Part shown: positions 9,173-19,402 of the stretch, piece after piece
Layout: every line of letters begins with the position of its first letter
Numbering within the stretch: position 1 is the first letter of the stretch
Assembly: GCA_964607575.1 (NCBI GenBank)
Contig: CAZSLS010000008.1
Span: 9,799-73,798, forward strand
Length of the DNA: 64,000 bases
Reading direction: 5' to 3'
Source: an uncultured Planctomycetaceae bacterium
Lineage (GTDB): Bacteria; Planctomycetota; Phycisphaerae; SM23-33
Program-made: the position numbers and the translations under genes
The notes under the pieces: generated by a model
Told to the model about the DNA's origin: nothing
Seen by the model: only the letters and a program-made list of their open reading frames with translations
Databases searched by the model: none

Positions 9173-9485
9173 CTAAGGTTGGTGAGTTTGTTTCGTTTTC
9201 ACAATTCTATTGCGCGTGGAGAAATTATAGCGAAATTGATGTCATAGACAAGTGCGAAACCCAGTGTTTGAACGCCACCAGACTATCGCATACCAGGATT
9301 GCGGAAAGGCACTGTCATGAGAATATCATTTCAGACGACTCTCGCCTCACGCATCTTGATTGCGATGACCGGTTGTTACTCCGTATCGACCGCCGGGGGG
9401 CGTAGGGAACGATGGACTATTGCCCGGGGCGATAGACTCCCACATCCGTCGTGAGACTAAAATATGTATTATGATGCTTTTCTGC

Positions 9486-9514
9486 TTGATTTCCTGGAAG
9501 AGAGGCGATAGTAT
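9486..9514 (+). promoter_or_regulatory. Sigma70-like promoter candidate, TTGATT-17 nt-TAGTAT
   Basis: TTGATT at 9486-9491, a 17-nt spacer, and TAGTAT at 9509-9514. It sits 44 nt upstream of the two-CW ATG, in an AT-richer divergent intergenic region. Confidence 0.35.
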
Positions 9515-9520
9515 ACGCGC

Positions 9521-9536
9521 TGTGAAAAAGTTCACA
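9521..9536. promoter_or_regulatory. CRP/FNR-type palindrome TGTGA-N6-TCACA (or 5' UTR hairpin)
   Basis: tgtgaaaaagttcaca, extended to cgctgtgaa/ttcacagcg (9 bp arms). It lies just downstream of the putative -10 and about 20 nt before the ATG at 9558. Confidence 0.4.
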
Positions 9537-9557
9537 GCGTCGCTTGGCGGGTGAAAA

Positions 9558-9842
9558 ATGGGCGAGGGATGCCAGATGAAACGCCGGAACTGTTGGGAAT
9601 TCATGGACTGTGGGCGCGAACCGGGCGGGAAGAGAACCGGGCTGCTGGGAGTGTGTCCCGCCGCGATTCACATAGAATCGGACGGTATCAACCACGGGCA
9701 GGCGGCAGGTCGGTTCTGCTGGCCGGTGGAGGAAACTCTCTTTCCCGCAAACGGCGAAGAGAAAGTCAAGAGATGCCACGCTTGCCCCTTCTTCCAGGAA
9801 GTGAAGAGGCAAGAGGGGGAATCATTCGTCCTGCGCATCTAA
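9558..9842 (+). CDS. Stand-alone two-CW domain protein (Cys-rich, function unknown)
   Basis: KRRNCWEFMDCGREPGGKRTGLLGVCPA ... GQAAGRFCWPV ... KRCHACPFFQEV matches the NCWEF-xCGRE ... CPA ... GR-CW ... C-x-x-C pattern that I recall for the two-CW domain. Alternative start at 9576. Confidence 0.6.
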   Translation: MGEGCQMKRRNCWEFMDCGREPGGKRTGLLGVCPAAIHIESDGINHGQAAGRFCWPVEETLFPANGEEKVKRCHACPFFQEVKRQEGESFVLRI

Positions 9843-10025
9843 GGCGGATATCGCATAGTGGAAGTCCACGCCGACAACAAAATGTCGACGTACCAGTGCG
9901 AAGGCGAAAACGCCAGGATCGCCAACGCGCACACCTTGTCGGGGCGGTTGACATGCCCGGGCATGGCGCGGGATACTGATCGGGTTGGCGCCGGCGTTGG
10001 GCGCCCAGAGGAGCATGGAGAGCAA

Positions 10026-11144
10026 ATGACCAGACCACTGCGAGCTTGCATCATTTTCCTTGGCACGATCCTGTCTTGTCTGCTCGTATCGTGTTCGGGC
10101 GCGACAACCACCGTGATCGATAACCGCCGGGCGCCGGAAACCTGGACGTTTGTCTCCATGCCCGACTTCCTCAACGTCGACACGACGTATCCCCAACCGG
10201 GATGGGAGGATGCTCTCGACTACGTGCTCAAAGCAGTCAAAGCCGAAAACCCCGACTTCGTCCTGATCGCCGGCGATTTGCTGATGGGGCGATGGTGGAG
10301 CGAAGAGAAGATCGACAAGTACGCGAAGATCTACTACCCGGCATGGATCGAGAGGATGAACGCTCACGGACTCAAGTACTACACCGCCATCGGCGATCAC
10401 GAACTGGGCGACAATCCCTGGCCTGCGGACCGCGCGAAACTCGTGCCTTCCTTCAAGGCCGCTTTCCGCAACTACATGAAAATGCCCCTCAACGGTCCCG
10501 ACCACATGAAGGGAACAGCATTCCACGTCCTGCACAAGAACGCCCTGATCGTGGCGGTTGATGTCTTCGAGAAGGGCAAGAGTTCCCAGGGCCTGATCGC
10601 ACCGCAGGTCACGGGCAAGCAGCTCGAGTGGCTCGAAAAAACCCTCGACGCTCATCGGTCTGTCGATCACGTTGTCGTCATGGGCCACACGCCGATCCTC
10701 GGCCCGGTGCGAAAACGATCCTCAAGCGGACTGATGCTCCTGGAAGGTCGCCAATCTCCCCTATGGCGGACCATGTCCAAACGCAACGTCGATCTTTATC
10801 TGGCCGGTGAAGTACACGCTATCACCTGTACCCGGCGAGACGGCGTGCAGCAGATCGCTCACGGAGGGCTGTTTGGGTATAACCCGAAGGTCAATTACAT
10901 GGTCGTCAAGGTGTCTCCCGGGAAGATGGAACTCACGCTCAAGGAACTTGATATCGTCTGCAAGGGCCCGAAACTCTGGCAGGAAGGGCGCAACCGCCCC
11001 AAGGAAACCGTCCTCATCACCGACGAGATCAAGAAGCGGGGCTATATCGACGTCGGAAGAATGACGATCGACAAGACGAGCGGAAAGCGGACCGCGCGAG
11101 ACAAGACCGGTTATTTTGACGAGACGAATAACCCGAAGAGATAG
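10026..11144 (+). CDS. Lipoprotein, calcineurin-like metallophosphoesterase
   Basis: ATG at 10026. MTRPLRACIIFLGTILSCLLVSCSG has a lipobox. Other motifs: FVLIAGDLLMG, AIGDHELGD, VVVMGHTPILGP, LYLAGEVHA. Confidence 0.7.
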   Translation: MTRPLRACIIFLGTILSCLLVSCSGATTTVIDNRRAPETWTFVSMPDFLNVDTTYPQPGWEDALDYVLKAVKAENPDFVLIAGDLLMGRWWSEEKIDKYAKIYYPAWIERMNAHGLKYYTAIGDHELGDNPWPADRAKLVPSFKAAFRNYMKMPLNGPDHMKGTAFHVLHKNALIVAVDVFEKGKSSQGLIAPQVTGKQLEWLEKTLDAHRSVDHVVVMGHTPILGPVRKRSSSGLMLLEGRQSPLWRTMSKRNVDLYLAGEVHAITCTRRDGVQQIAHGGLFGYNPKVNYMVVKVSPGKMELTLKELDIVCKGPKLWQEGRNRPKETVLITDEIKKRGYIDVGRMTIDKTSGKRTARDKTGYFDETNNPKR

Positions 11145-11297
11145 AACGCCCGATGCCCCGATGGTACTTCACCGAGCAGGAAAATGTTTGTTGGCTCTCG
11201 GGTTCATGATACAATTGCCGATACTGAAAATGCCCGCGATGGTCGCGGGGTCGAGTCCATCCGGGCAATCCCGGTTCATGACAGGAAGGATTACAAA

Positions 11298-14200
11298 ATG
11301 TTCCAGAGAACAGTATTCACTTTTGCCTTATCGATCGGTCTTCTGGCCGCAACACTTACCGTCGCGCAGGCCGCCGATCCGGAATACTACGTAAAGAAAG
11401 CCACCTGGCAGGAAACCGTTCAGGCTTCGCGAGAGGCGCTGATTGTGCATTTGAACAAACCGGGTAAGCCCAAGGCGCCCGTCAAACCGATGTTCGGGCC
11501 CTGGTACGAGATCGGTCAGTATCGCGGCGGATTCGCTGCGGCTAACGGGCCCGAAAAGGCGATCGATCTTTCCAAGGGAGACGGGAAGCTCAAGTGGAAA
11601 CGGATCAAGGTCTCTGACGGCGTGGTCCACAGTCTGCGCCTCGGCGGCAACAGCGCGTCTTATTTCTACCGCAAGATCACCTCGCCCGGACCGGCGGCGG
11701 TCATGAGCTACTACGGAAGCGACGACGCATTGGCGGTATGGCTCAACGGAAAGAAGATCATTTCGAATAATGTCGCCCGCGGGCCCGGAGCCAATCAGGA
11801 CAAGGCCAAACTCATCTTAGTCCAGGGCGAGAATCATCTCCTGATCAAGATTCATAACCGCAGCGGCGGGAGCGGATGGTATTTCTCGACGTCGGCAAAA
11901 GGCGGCGGGAAGAAGGACATCCGCACCGCGATGCAGGAAGGGATATGGACGCTGGCGGCGCGAGATTTCAACACCGCTGAGATCCGCAAGCAGATGGCGT
12001 GGGAACAGGGCGACAATATATGGGCCGCCGACTGGAAGAAAGGCGATCTCGGCGCATTGGCAAAACGTTACGTCAGTCCGTCCGAGGGCAGCTCGGCTGC
12101 GGCGAAGATCAAAACCCTGGCGCCCGGAGCGAAATCCGCCGGCGACCTCGCGGCGATTCGCAAGCTCTACTACCGCGCCAAGTCCACCCAGGAAGCGCTC
12201 GCCCAACTGTCGCAATTCAACATCAAGGCGCTGCGTCTGGCGATCACGGACCTGACCAAGAGCTACCCCGGCAAGTATCCCGGCAAGTATCTCAAGCAGC
12301 TCGATAAAATCGAAGCCGCGATCACAGACGGCGGCGAAGAGAAGATTCGTGAAATGGCCCAGCAACTAGTCAGCTTCCGCCGCGAAGCGCTGCTGGCCAA
12401 TCCGCTGCTGAACTTCGACAAGCTCATGATGGTCAAGCGCAAAGGCGATCTGGGCCTGCCGCAAAACTGGGTGGGCAACTGCACGAAGCGCGGTCCGTTC
12501 AACAACGAGATAACCGTACTGTCGCCGGTGCGTCCCGACGGGAAGCTGACGACCCTCTACCGTCCTGAATCAAGCGTGTTCGTCGGCGACGTCGATCTGC
12601 ACTGGGACGCCAAAAAGATGCTGTTCTCTTCGCAGTTGAAGAACCGCCGCTACGAAGTTTTTGAGATCGGCGCGGACGGTAAGGGCCTGCGACAGGTCAG
12701 CAAGAGCCTCGACGGGATCGACAACTACGATGCCTGCTACCTGCCGAGTGGGAAGATAATCTTCGATTCTACCGCGGTTTACCAGGGCGTCCCATGCGTC
12801 GGCGGGGGAAGCCAGGTCGCCAACCTGTACGTCATGAATCCCGACGGTACGGGCATGCGGCAGCTCTGCTTCGACCAGGACCACAACTGGTATCCGTCGA
12901 TCACCAACGACGGTCGCGTGCTGTTCACCCGCTGGGAATACAGCGACACGCCGCACTACTTCACCCGCGTGGTGATGGGCATGAATCCCGACGGAACCAA
13001 TCAGAGGTCGGTGTACGGGAGTAACTCGTACTGGCCGAACTCGACGTTCTACGTGCGGGCGGTCCCGAACCACTCGTCGCGTTTCGTCGGCATAATCTCC
13101 GGGCACCACGGCGTACCGCGCATGGGCGAACTGATCCTGTTCGACCCCGCCAAGGGTCAGCAGGAGGCCGACGGCGTCGTGCAGCGAATACCGGGCTACG
13201 GTAAAAAGGTCGAGCCGATCATCCGCGACGCGCTGGTCAACAATTCCTGGCCGCGTTTCCTGCACCCGTTCCCACTGAGCGACAAGTACATCCTGACGAC
13301 CTGCAAGCTCAACTCGAAGTCGCCCTGGGGCGTTTACCTCGTCGACGTGTTCGACAACATCCTTCCGATCTGCGTTCAGGACGGTGTTGCGATGTTCGAA
13401 CCCCTCCCGCTGCGCAAGACCAAACGCCCTCCGGTTATCCCCGAGCGGGTAGACCTGGCGCGCAAAGATGCGATCATTCACATGTCGGACATCTACATCG
13501 GCGGCGGATTGAAGGGCGTCCAGCGGGGTGCGGTCAAGAAGCTGCGCCTCTTCGCGTTCGACTACGGGTATCACAATCTGGCGAACCACACGTATATCGG
13601 TATAGAAGGCCCGTGGGACGTACACCGTATTCTCGGTACGGTCGATGTCGAGTCTGACGGATCGTCGTCGTTTCACGTACCGGCGAACACCCCGATCGCC
13701 GTCCAGCCGCTGGACGAAAACGGAGCGGCGATGCAGTTGATGCGAAGCTGGTTCGTGGCGATGCCCGGCGAGAATCTCTCGTGCGTCGGTTGCCACGAGA
13801 ACAACAATGAGGCCCCGCCGGCCGCGATGGTGAAAGCCTCCCGCAAACCGCCGCAAAAGGTCAAAGACTGGTACGGACCGGCCCGCGGTTTCAGTTTTGC
13901 CCGCGAGGTTCAGCCCGTGATCGACAAGTACTGCATCGGTTGCCACAACGACAAGCCACGCAAGGGAACCAACCCGCCCGACCTGCGCCACGTGAACAAG
14001 AAGGGCTTCTCCACGGCGTACCGCGTGCTGCAGAAGCACGTGCGGCGACCCGGACCGGAGAGTGATTATCACATGTTCCCGCCGTTGGAGTATCACGCCA
14101 GCACCAGTCCGCTGATCCAGATGCTCAAGAAGGGACACAACAACGTCAAGCCGGACGCCGAGGCCTACGAGCGGATCTATGCGTGGATCGACCTGAACGT

Positions 14201-15140
14201 TCCATACTACGGGACGTGGGGCGAATTCCGGGCGATTCCCCGCGGGCAGCGCGAAAAACGCAGCAAGTTCCGCCAGCTTTACGCGGGAATCGATGCCGAC
14301 TACGAAGTCGTGCCAAAAGTCGCGACAAAACCGGTCAAGACGATCCTGCCCAAGCCGTTGAAAACTGCGGCACCGGTGAAGATCGCCTGCCCCAACTGGC
14401 CTTTCGACGACGCGGCCGCCAAGACCCTGCAGGGAAATGACAACAAGCGGACGATCACTGTAACCGTCGGCGAAAACAAGCTTCAGATCGAAATGGTGCG
14501 CATACCCGCCGGGCAGTTCGTCATGGGCGACGCCGCGGGAGCACTCGACGAGAAACCGATCTGCCGCGTGAAACTCGATAAGTCGTTCTGGATCGCGACC
14601 AAGATCATCACCAACGGACAGTACGCATTGTTCGACGCGAAGCACGACAGCCGCTACCTCGACCGCGGCGGAAAGGACCACTCGAATCGCGGTCATCCGC
14701 TCAACAGGCCCGAGCAGCCGGTCATTCGCATTTCGTGGAACCGGGCGATGGCGTTCTGCGATTGGATGTCCAAAAAGACGGGCAAGACCTTCTCGCTTCC
14801 GACTGAAGCCCAGTGGGAATTCGCCTGCCGCGCCGGCGCCGCCGCCGACAAGAGCGGATCGGGAAGCGTCTGGGGCGCGGGCCTGCCCGCCGCGATGGGC
14901 GAGTGGACACGAACGACCTATCGACCCTACCCCTACATCGCGACCGACGGACGCGACAACGGGAAACCCGCCGGACGCAAGGTCATTCGCGGCGCCAAGG
15001 GGCTCAAAGTACCGGGCGATCGTCGCGATACATACCGCTTGAGCTATCAATCGTGGCAGGGAGTCTGGAACGTCGGTTTCCGAGTCATCTGCCTGGACGA
15101 GGATCTCAAGAGCATAATAGCGAACGCCAAGCCGAGGTAG
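11298..15140 (+). CDS. Secreted multidomain protein: N-terminal beta-sandwich, HzsA-like beta-propeller with two CXXCH motifs, C-terminal FGE/SUMF1 domain
   Basis: ATG at 11298 ([25 protein letters not shown]). Propeller motifs [50 protein letters not shown]. Heme-c motifs CVGCHE and CIGCHN. C-terminus [12 protein letters not shown] ... [14 protein letters not shown] ... [11 protein letters not shown] is an FGE-sulfatase-like domain. Confidence 0.7.
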   Translation: MFQRTVFTFALSIGLLAATLTVAQAADPEYYVKKATWQETVQASREALIVHLNKPGKPKAPVKPMFGPWYEIGQYRGGFAAANGPEKAIDLSKGDGKLKWKRIKVSDGVVHSLRLGGNSASYFYRKITSPGPAAVMSYYGSDDALAVWLNGKKIISNNVARGPGANQDKAKLILVQGENHLLIKIHNRSGGSGWYFSTSAKGGGKKDIRTAMQEGIWTLAARDFNTAEIRKQMAWEQGDNIWAADWKKGDLGALAKRYVSPSEGSSAAAKIKTLAPGAKSAGDLAAIRKLYYRAKSTQEALAQLSQFNIKALRLAITDLTKSYPGKYPGKYLKQLDKIEAAITDGGEEKIREMAQQLVSFRREALLANPLLNFDKLMMVKRKGDLGLPQNWVGNCTKRGPFNNEITVLSPVRPDGKLTTLYRPESSVFVGDVDLHWDAKKMLFSSQLKNRRYEVFEIGADGKGLRQVSKSLDGIDNYDACYLPSGKIIFDSTAVYQGVPCVGGGSQVANLYVMNPDGTGMRQLCFDQDHNWYPSITNDGRVLFTRWEYSDTPHYFTRVVMGMNPDGTNQRSVYGSNSYWPNSTFYVRAVPNHSSRFVGIISGHHGVPRMGELILFDPAKGQQEADGVVQRIPGYGKKVEPIIRDALVNNSWPRFLHPFPLSDKYILTTCKLNSKSPWGVYLVDVFDNILPICVQDGVAMFEPLPLRKTKRPPVIPERVDLARKDAIIHMSDIYIGGGLKGVQRGAVKKLRLFAFDYGYHNLANHTYIGIEGPWDVHRILGTVDVESDGSSSFHVPANTPIAVQPLDENGAAMQLMRSWFVAMPGENLSCVGCHENNNEAPPAAMVKASRKPPQKVKDWYGPARGFSFAREVQPVIDKYCIGCHNDKPRKGTNPPDLRHVNKKGFSTAYRVLQKHVRRPGPESDYHMFPPLEYHASTSPLIQMLKKGHNNVKPDAEAYERIYAWIDLNVPYYGTWGEFRAIPRGQREKRSKFRQLYAGIDADYEVVPKVATKPVKTILPKPLKTAAPVKIACPNWPFDDAAAKTLQGNDNKRTITVTVGENKLQIEMVRIPAGQFVMGDAAGALDEKPICRVKLDKSFWIATKIITNGQYALFDAKHDSRYLDRGGKDHSNRGHPLNRPEQPVIRISWNRAMAFCDWMSKKTGKTFSLPTEAQWEFACRAGAAADKSGSGSVWGAGLPAAMGEWTRTTYRPYPYIATDGRDNGKPAGRKVIRGAKGLKVPGDRRDTYRLSYQSWQGVWNVGFRVICLDEDLKSIIANAKPR

Positions 15141-15145
15141 GGCAT

Positions 15146-15805
15146 ATGCGAGCTGTCGCGCGCAAGATATGGCGGAACAAAGTTCGCCTTGGGCTGATTG
15201 GCGTGCTTGCTCTTGCGGTCTGTGATTGGCACGTTGCCGGCGCGTCGGACGGGCTGGTGTATTCCGAGACCGCCGGGACGCCTCGGCGGGAGATAGCCCT
15301 CGTTCTGGGCACCGCCAAGTACGTCCAGGGCGGACGCATGAACCTGTTCTATTGGCCCCGCATTGAGGCGGCTGCAAACTTGTTCAAATCCGGAAAGGTC
15401 CGGGGCATTGTTGTCAGTGGCGACAACGGGCGCACCGACTACGACGAGCCGAGCCAAATGAAGTCGGATCTTGTTGACTTGGGTGTGCCCGCGCGATTCA
15501 TCACTTGCGACTACGCCGGCTTTCGGACACTCGATTCGGTCCATCGTCTTGAGCGGGTGTTTCAGGAATCGGACTACATCGTTGTCTCGCAGGAGTTTCA
15601 CGTCCGCCGGGCTCTGTATATCGCTGGCGATCGTGGCCACAATGCGGTGGGACTGGCCGTCCGAACCCCGGGTGGGTACTGGGGTGCGAAGGTTCGTTTG
15701 CGTGAGGTACTGGCGCGTGCGAAGGCCGTTCTGGACGTACACATCCTTAAGTCTGACCCCAGGTACTTGGGCAATCTCGAGTATGTCGCCAAGCGACCGC
15801 TCTGA
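15146..15805 (+). CDS. SanA/YdcF (DUF218) family protein
   Basis: ATG at 15146, 6 nt after the previous stop. N-terminal TM segment. IALVLGTAKY, GKVRGIVVSGDNGRTDYDEPSQM, CDYAGFRTLDS and VVSQEFHVRRALYIA resemble SanA. Confidence 0.75.
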   Translation: MRAVARKIWRNKVRLGLIGVLALAVCDWHVAGASDGLVYSETAGTPRREIALVLGTAKYVQGGRMNLFYWPRIEAAANLFKSGKVRGIVVSGDNGRTDYDEPSQMKSDLVDLGVPARFITCDYAGFRTLDSVHRLERVFQESDYIVVSQEFHVRRALYIAGDRGHNAVGLAVRTPGGYWGAKVRLREVLARAKAVLDVHILKSDPRYLGNLEYVAKRPL

Positions 15806-15845
15806 CCGAAACGGGTCAGGGCGCCCGTGTTTTCACTCTTGGGAT

Positions 15846-16814
15846 TTATCCTCTCCAGGGACGTTTTCTCTTTATGCCTCTTGCGAACAGTCCTTTGAGA
15901 ATCTTCACATCTTCTGCCACCTGGAAGTCGAACATCCCGACACACATGAAATCGGCGCCGTTTGCGAGGGCATACTTGAATCCGCTCGTTGGACTGATTG
16001 CCCCGGCGGCCAGGACTTTGAAGGCAATCCATGGCGCTTCGACCTTCTGCATGAATTCAATAGTCTCGTCAGCTTTCTTGCACCAGACATTATCGTGTTC
16101 CTTTGGATGTCCGGCGGACCAGTACTTCTTGCTGTGCAGAGTTTTCATGTAGAAATCCGGCTTGATCCCCGCCTTCTCGCATGCCACGGGCACTTCGTGC
16201 AAATGCCCGCCTATCCCCGCGATAACGCCGTTCTTTTTGGCAGCTTCGACAAATCTGCCCAACACGTCGACCTTGTTGTTCCCGACAAGAGAATCTCCGA
16301 CCCCGCCCTGAACGTAGACCCCGACCGCTCCGTTGTCGATAGCCTTCTTTGCGTTAGCCGTCAGGTTCTTGTCACTTGCCTTGATTTGCGCGATCCACTG
16401 CAGCTTTCCCCCTTCTTTATTCCAGTATTCTTTCGTTAGTCTCAGAACGTGACTGTCGAGCCTGAGAATAGCCGTATTGACTCCGGACTCTTCACATTTT
16501 CGCCAGGTTTCGAAGATTTTCTCATCCGTAAAATAGTGTTTCAACAGCGAAGATACGTAGACCAGGTCCCGGCTGTGAGCGAAACCGCTGGTGAGGTTCC
16601 CGCCGCATATGATCCTGCTGATATCGAGCTTGCCGATCTTACCCATCGGCATCTTGCCGGTGGCGTTGGTTTTCGACGGCGATCGGGTCTGTCCCCGCTT
16701 CGCCGCCAGGAGAGCCTTCTCCTCGAGACTCATCGCCACCACACCCGCTGTCGTGCCTAAAGCGGCGCTCTTCAAGAACTCACGACGATTTGGTTTGCCT
16801 CTCATCTTTGCCAT
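15846..16814 (-). CDS. TAT-signal protein of unknown family (possibly TIM-barrel-like)
   Basis: MAKMRGKPNRREFLKSAALGTTAGVVAMS is a twin-arginine signal. Coding-like composition throughout. I recognise no family signature. Confidence 0.65.
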   Translation of the reverse strand: MAKMRGKPNRREFLKSAALGTTAGVVAMSLEEKALLAAKRGQTRSPSKTNATGKMPMGKIGKLDISRIICGGNLTSGFAHSRDLVYVSSLLKHYFTDEKIFETWRKCEESGVNTAILRLDSHVLRLTKEYWNKEGGKLQWIAQIKASDKNLTANAKKAIDNGAVGVYVQGGVGDSLVGNNKVDVLGRFVEAAKKNGVIAGIGGHLHEVPVACEKAGIKPDFYMKTLHSKKYWSAGHPKEHDNVWCKKADETIEFMQKVEAPWIAFKVLAAGAISPTSGFKYALANGADFMCVGMFDFQVAEDVKILKGLFARGIKRKRPWRG

Positions 16815-17251
16815 AATGAAGCCTTCCTGACAAATAGGGTCTTATCCTTTGTCGTGTAGCGTCGATGGATAAAACGTTGTTGAAGTAAGCCGCCGGTCCG
16901 GGGTCAAAAAACCCGAATGTTATGCGTTATGCCTGACTCATGCGGTTGACGGTGTCTATGGGGATTATATCGACCGAGTCGTTGCGGGCCAACTATTTCG
17001 CCGCTGTTGGTTACGGGCGTCTTGTTCCACGGGCTTGCGCCCGAGGCTAACATGAATCTCGCCCTCCGAGGAGGGCTAACTAAACAGGCATGACTCCGTA
17101 CGCTCCCGGTCATGGGGACATCCGGCTTGGGTCCTGGAATACATAATAAAGATCGCCAGTCCGTCCAGGTCTTCTCATGGTAGCCACGGGCGCGAGCCCG
17201 TGGTGTCATGTGCCCCAGCAACACAGAGGCCCGCAGGGCCGATTCATTGTT

Positions 17252-19300
17252 TCAGCGCTCGGCCTCGTCGGCGCCGAGGTCGGGTTTCCCGCTTCGTTTC
17301 TTGCGGTCGATGTCGTCGGTTACTTCAGGGCGTTTTTTGGCTTGGTCGACTACTTCCGGCAGGGGGCTCTTGAGGTGCAGATTTCCCTTGGCTGGGTCTG
17401 CGAAAGTGGCGGTGAGATCCTTGACCAGGTTGTTTTCGATGGTGACCTTTCCCTTCGATTCGTTGCGGGGAGGCGGTCCGCTGAGGATGTTGTCGGCTAC
17501 CAGCAATCCGTCGGAAGCGCCGAGGATGCGCACCAGGCGGCGCATGCGGCTTCGGGGCTCGTGGATCGTGTTGTTAAGAATCTTGCAGTCGGCTGTGTGC
17601 GCTGATAGCACGCCGGCCTCCGGCGCGCGGGTGATGAAGTTGTTGCGGACTATGCAGCGTCGGGCGTGCAGTTCGATGGTGCGTTCCTTCGGTAGATATG
17701 AGTTACCGAGGCTGACGCCCTTGTCGCAGTCGACGATGATATTGCGCTCGACTACGCAATCTTCGACCTCGTGCCAGAGGCAGATCGCCCCGCGTCCCTC
17801 GCGTGTGCGCCCCTGGATCCGCAGGAACACGTTGTTGCTTATGGTCCAGCCGGTGGCGTACATCACGTCGATACCGCCGACGTAGTTGCCGCCGAACCCG
17901 TTGGGTTTGTCGGCCTCATCGTCGCTGAACTTCTTGGCCCGGTCGTTGTAAAACAGGCAGTACTCTATGCGGACGCCACGCGGGCGCAGCTTTTCGCGAT
18001 TCTTCGGCGGAACTCTGACGCCCTTGACACCCCTCTGCCAGATGTTGTGGATCACGCAGTTGTAGATTCGCAGCCGTTGGACGCCGGTCTCCGAGTCGAT
18101 CTTGAATCCGTTCCACTTGACGTTCTGTATGGTCAGGTCGGCTACCGTGACGTCGCTGCAGGCGGTGAACGCCACCAGTTCGCCGATCCCGCCGCCGTCC
18201 AGAATCACATCATTACGGTTGCCCGTAGCCCCGCGGAGAGTCACCCTGTCGGTCCCGATCCCCAGGCGGCGCGAGAGCCTGTAGTGACCCGGGGCCACAC
18301 TGATCGTACCGCCCGGGCGGACCTTCCTCGCCGCGTCGAACAACTGGCGCACGGAAGCGACCTTGATGACCCGCCCCTTCGGCGGCGCCAGCTTGGGTGC
18401 CTTGGGCCACCACGACTCGTCAGGCACGGACGATGTCTTCTTGATTGGGGCGGGCTGTTGTTCCCCGGTCGCCAGGACGGTTTCTATCACCTCGACGTAT
18501 GCCTTCAGCGTCAGGTAGCTGCGGAGGTTGAAACCGTTGTGCCTGAGACCGACTTCGCTGAAATCCCTTCGCCACTTTGCGGGATTACTGGGATGTACAC
18601 CGTCGCGGGCGATCAGTGTGGGCACTTCGTAGGTCTTGTAGCCCTTGAACTTGTCGGCCGCCCCGTTCCAGTCATCGGGTCTGCGTTTGAGGATCTCGGC
18701 GTGGAAGTCGCTCAGCGGAACGTTCAGTTCCTTTGCGATCTTGCGGGCGGCGTTGGCGTATGCGGCGGCTTTGGTTTCCCGCCCGCTGCGGGGCGGGATC
18801 GTACTCAGGATCACCACCGAACCATTGGCCAGGCACTTGGCGACCAGCTTGCGCAGACCGGCCTGGTATTTCTCGACCGAGACGCCGCCGAGGTCGTTGG
18901 TCCCGAACATGATCAGGACGACCTCGGGGTTCAGCTTCGCCAACCAGCGGTCGGCGTTGCTGTTGGCCCAGGCGACGGTCTTACCGCTGTAGTTACCGTA
19001 GGCGGCGCCCTTCCAACCGCGCCAGCAATCCTTGAGCATGTACTTCATCACCCGCTGCCGCGATTGTTCCAGCCCGTCGAGCGCCTTGGCGGGCTTCCAC
19101 TGCAGCGACGACCAGAAGGCCATCGAGTAGGTAATCGAATCCCCAAAGTGCGCGAAAGAACCGGGTTTGCCTTTGAAGTTGGCGTGGGTCTTCTTCATCG
19201 CCGCCGCCCAGGCGGGCTGCTCTGCGGCGCCTGCAAGGGGTGACTGCAAGAGAAACGCTGCCAACAGGATAATCGCGACGTTGCGCAGTTGCATGATCAT
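17252..19300 (-). CDS. Secreted SGNH/GDSL hydrolase fused to a right-handed beta-helix domain
   Basis: Signal MIMQLRNVAIILLAAFLLQSPLAGAA. FGDSITY and MFGTNDL are SGNH blocks. The C-terminal half has repetitive beta-helix-like segments (ADLTIQNVKWNGFKI, RIYNCVIHNIW, ISNNVFLRI, VERNIIVDC, VRNNFIT, ILNNTIH). AAGGAG lies upstream of the start. Confidence 0.65.
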   Translation of the reverse strand: MIMQLRNVAIILLAAFLLQSPLAGAAEQPAWAAAMKKTHANFKGKPGSFAHFGDSITYSMAFWSSLQWKPAKALDGLEQSRQRVMKYMLKDCWRGWKGAAYGNYSGKTVAWANSNADRWLAKLNPEVVLIMFGTNDLGGVSVEKYQAGLRKLVAKCLANGSVVILSTIPPRSGRETKAAAYANAARKIAKELNVPLSDFHAEILKRRPDDWNGAADKFKGYKTYEVPTLIARDGVHPSNPAKWRRDFSEVGLRHNGFNLRSYLTLKAYVEVIETVLATGEQQPAPIKKTSSVPDESWWPKAPKLAPPKGRVIKVASVRQLFDAARKVRPGGTISVAPGHYRLSRRLGIGTDRVTLRGATGNRNDVILDGGGIGELVAFTACSDVTVADLTIQNVKWNGFKIDSETGVQRLRIYNCVIHNIWQRGVKGVRVPPKNREKLRPRGVRIEYCLFYNDRAKKFSDDEADKPNGFGGNYVGGIDVMYATGWTISNNVFLRIQGRTREGRGAICLWHEVEDCVVERNIIVDCDKGVSLGNSYLPKERTIELHARRCIVRNNFITRAPEAGVLSAHTADCKILNNTIHEPRSRMRRLVRILGASDGLLVADNILSGPPPRNESKGKVTIENNLVKDLTATFADPAKGNLHLKSPLPEVVDQAKKRPEVTDDIDRKKRSGKPDLGADEAER

Positions 19301-19402
19301 GCTCCTTTCTTCCGATGGCGTAATCGGGTCCGGGGACCCAATTCTCTTCTATAGTAGAGAAGAACGGGGTCCGCAGGCAAGGAGTGTCTCACCAAGTTGC
19401 TT

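Noticed and set aside
14813-15145. N-terminal extension of the SanA-like ORF (track start 14813)
   Set aside because: It overlaps the end of the 11298..15140 gene in another frame. ATG 15146 gives a sensible TM N-terminus. N-terminal extensions of the ORFs starting at 43612, 5433, 9858, 11184, 60187 and 48605 were trimmed in the same way.
12570-15377. 935-aa minus-strand ORF
   Set aside because: It is antisense to the well-supported 11298..15140 gene. The translation is Arg/Gly/Asp/Val-rich with no motifs, which is a typical high-GC shadow ORF. The same reasoning applies to 4261..5538, 5289..7076, 17771..19243, 20604..21914, 23364..24656, 28017..30206, 35337..37106, 50519..52039, 56708..58132, 62338..63213 and the many shorter overlapping ORFs.
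15803-15845. Possible bidirectional terminator between the SanA-like gene and the TAT-signal gene (tgacc-gaaacg-ggtca, then gtgttttc)
   Set aside because: The stem is only 5 bp and the T-run is short and interrupted, so it is too weak to call.
16904-17224. 106-aa minus-strand ORF in the 16.8-17.25 kb spacer
   Set aside because: It runs through repeat or hairpin modules, has atypical composition and has no start context. It is treated as non-coding.
19301-19402. Imperfect palindrome ttctcttcta-tag-tagagaagaa and gggtcc-gg-ggaccc between the PEP-CTERM and SGNH genes
   Set aside because: There is a mismatch and a wobble in the stem and no T-run. It could not be distinguished from chance, and it is not repeated elsewhere in the window.
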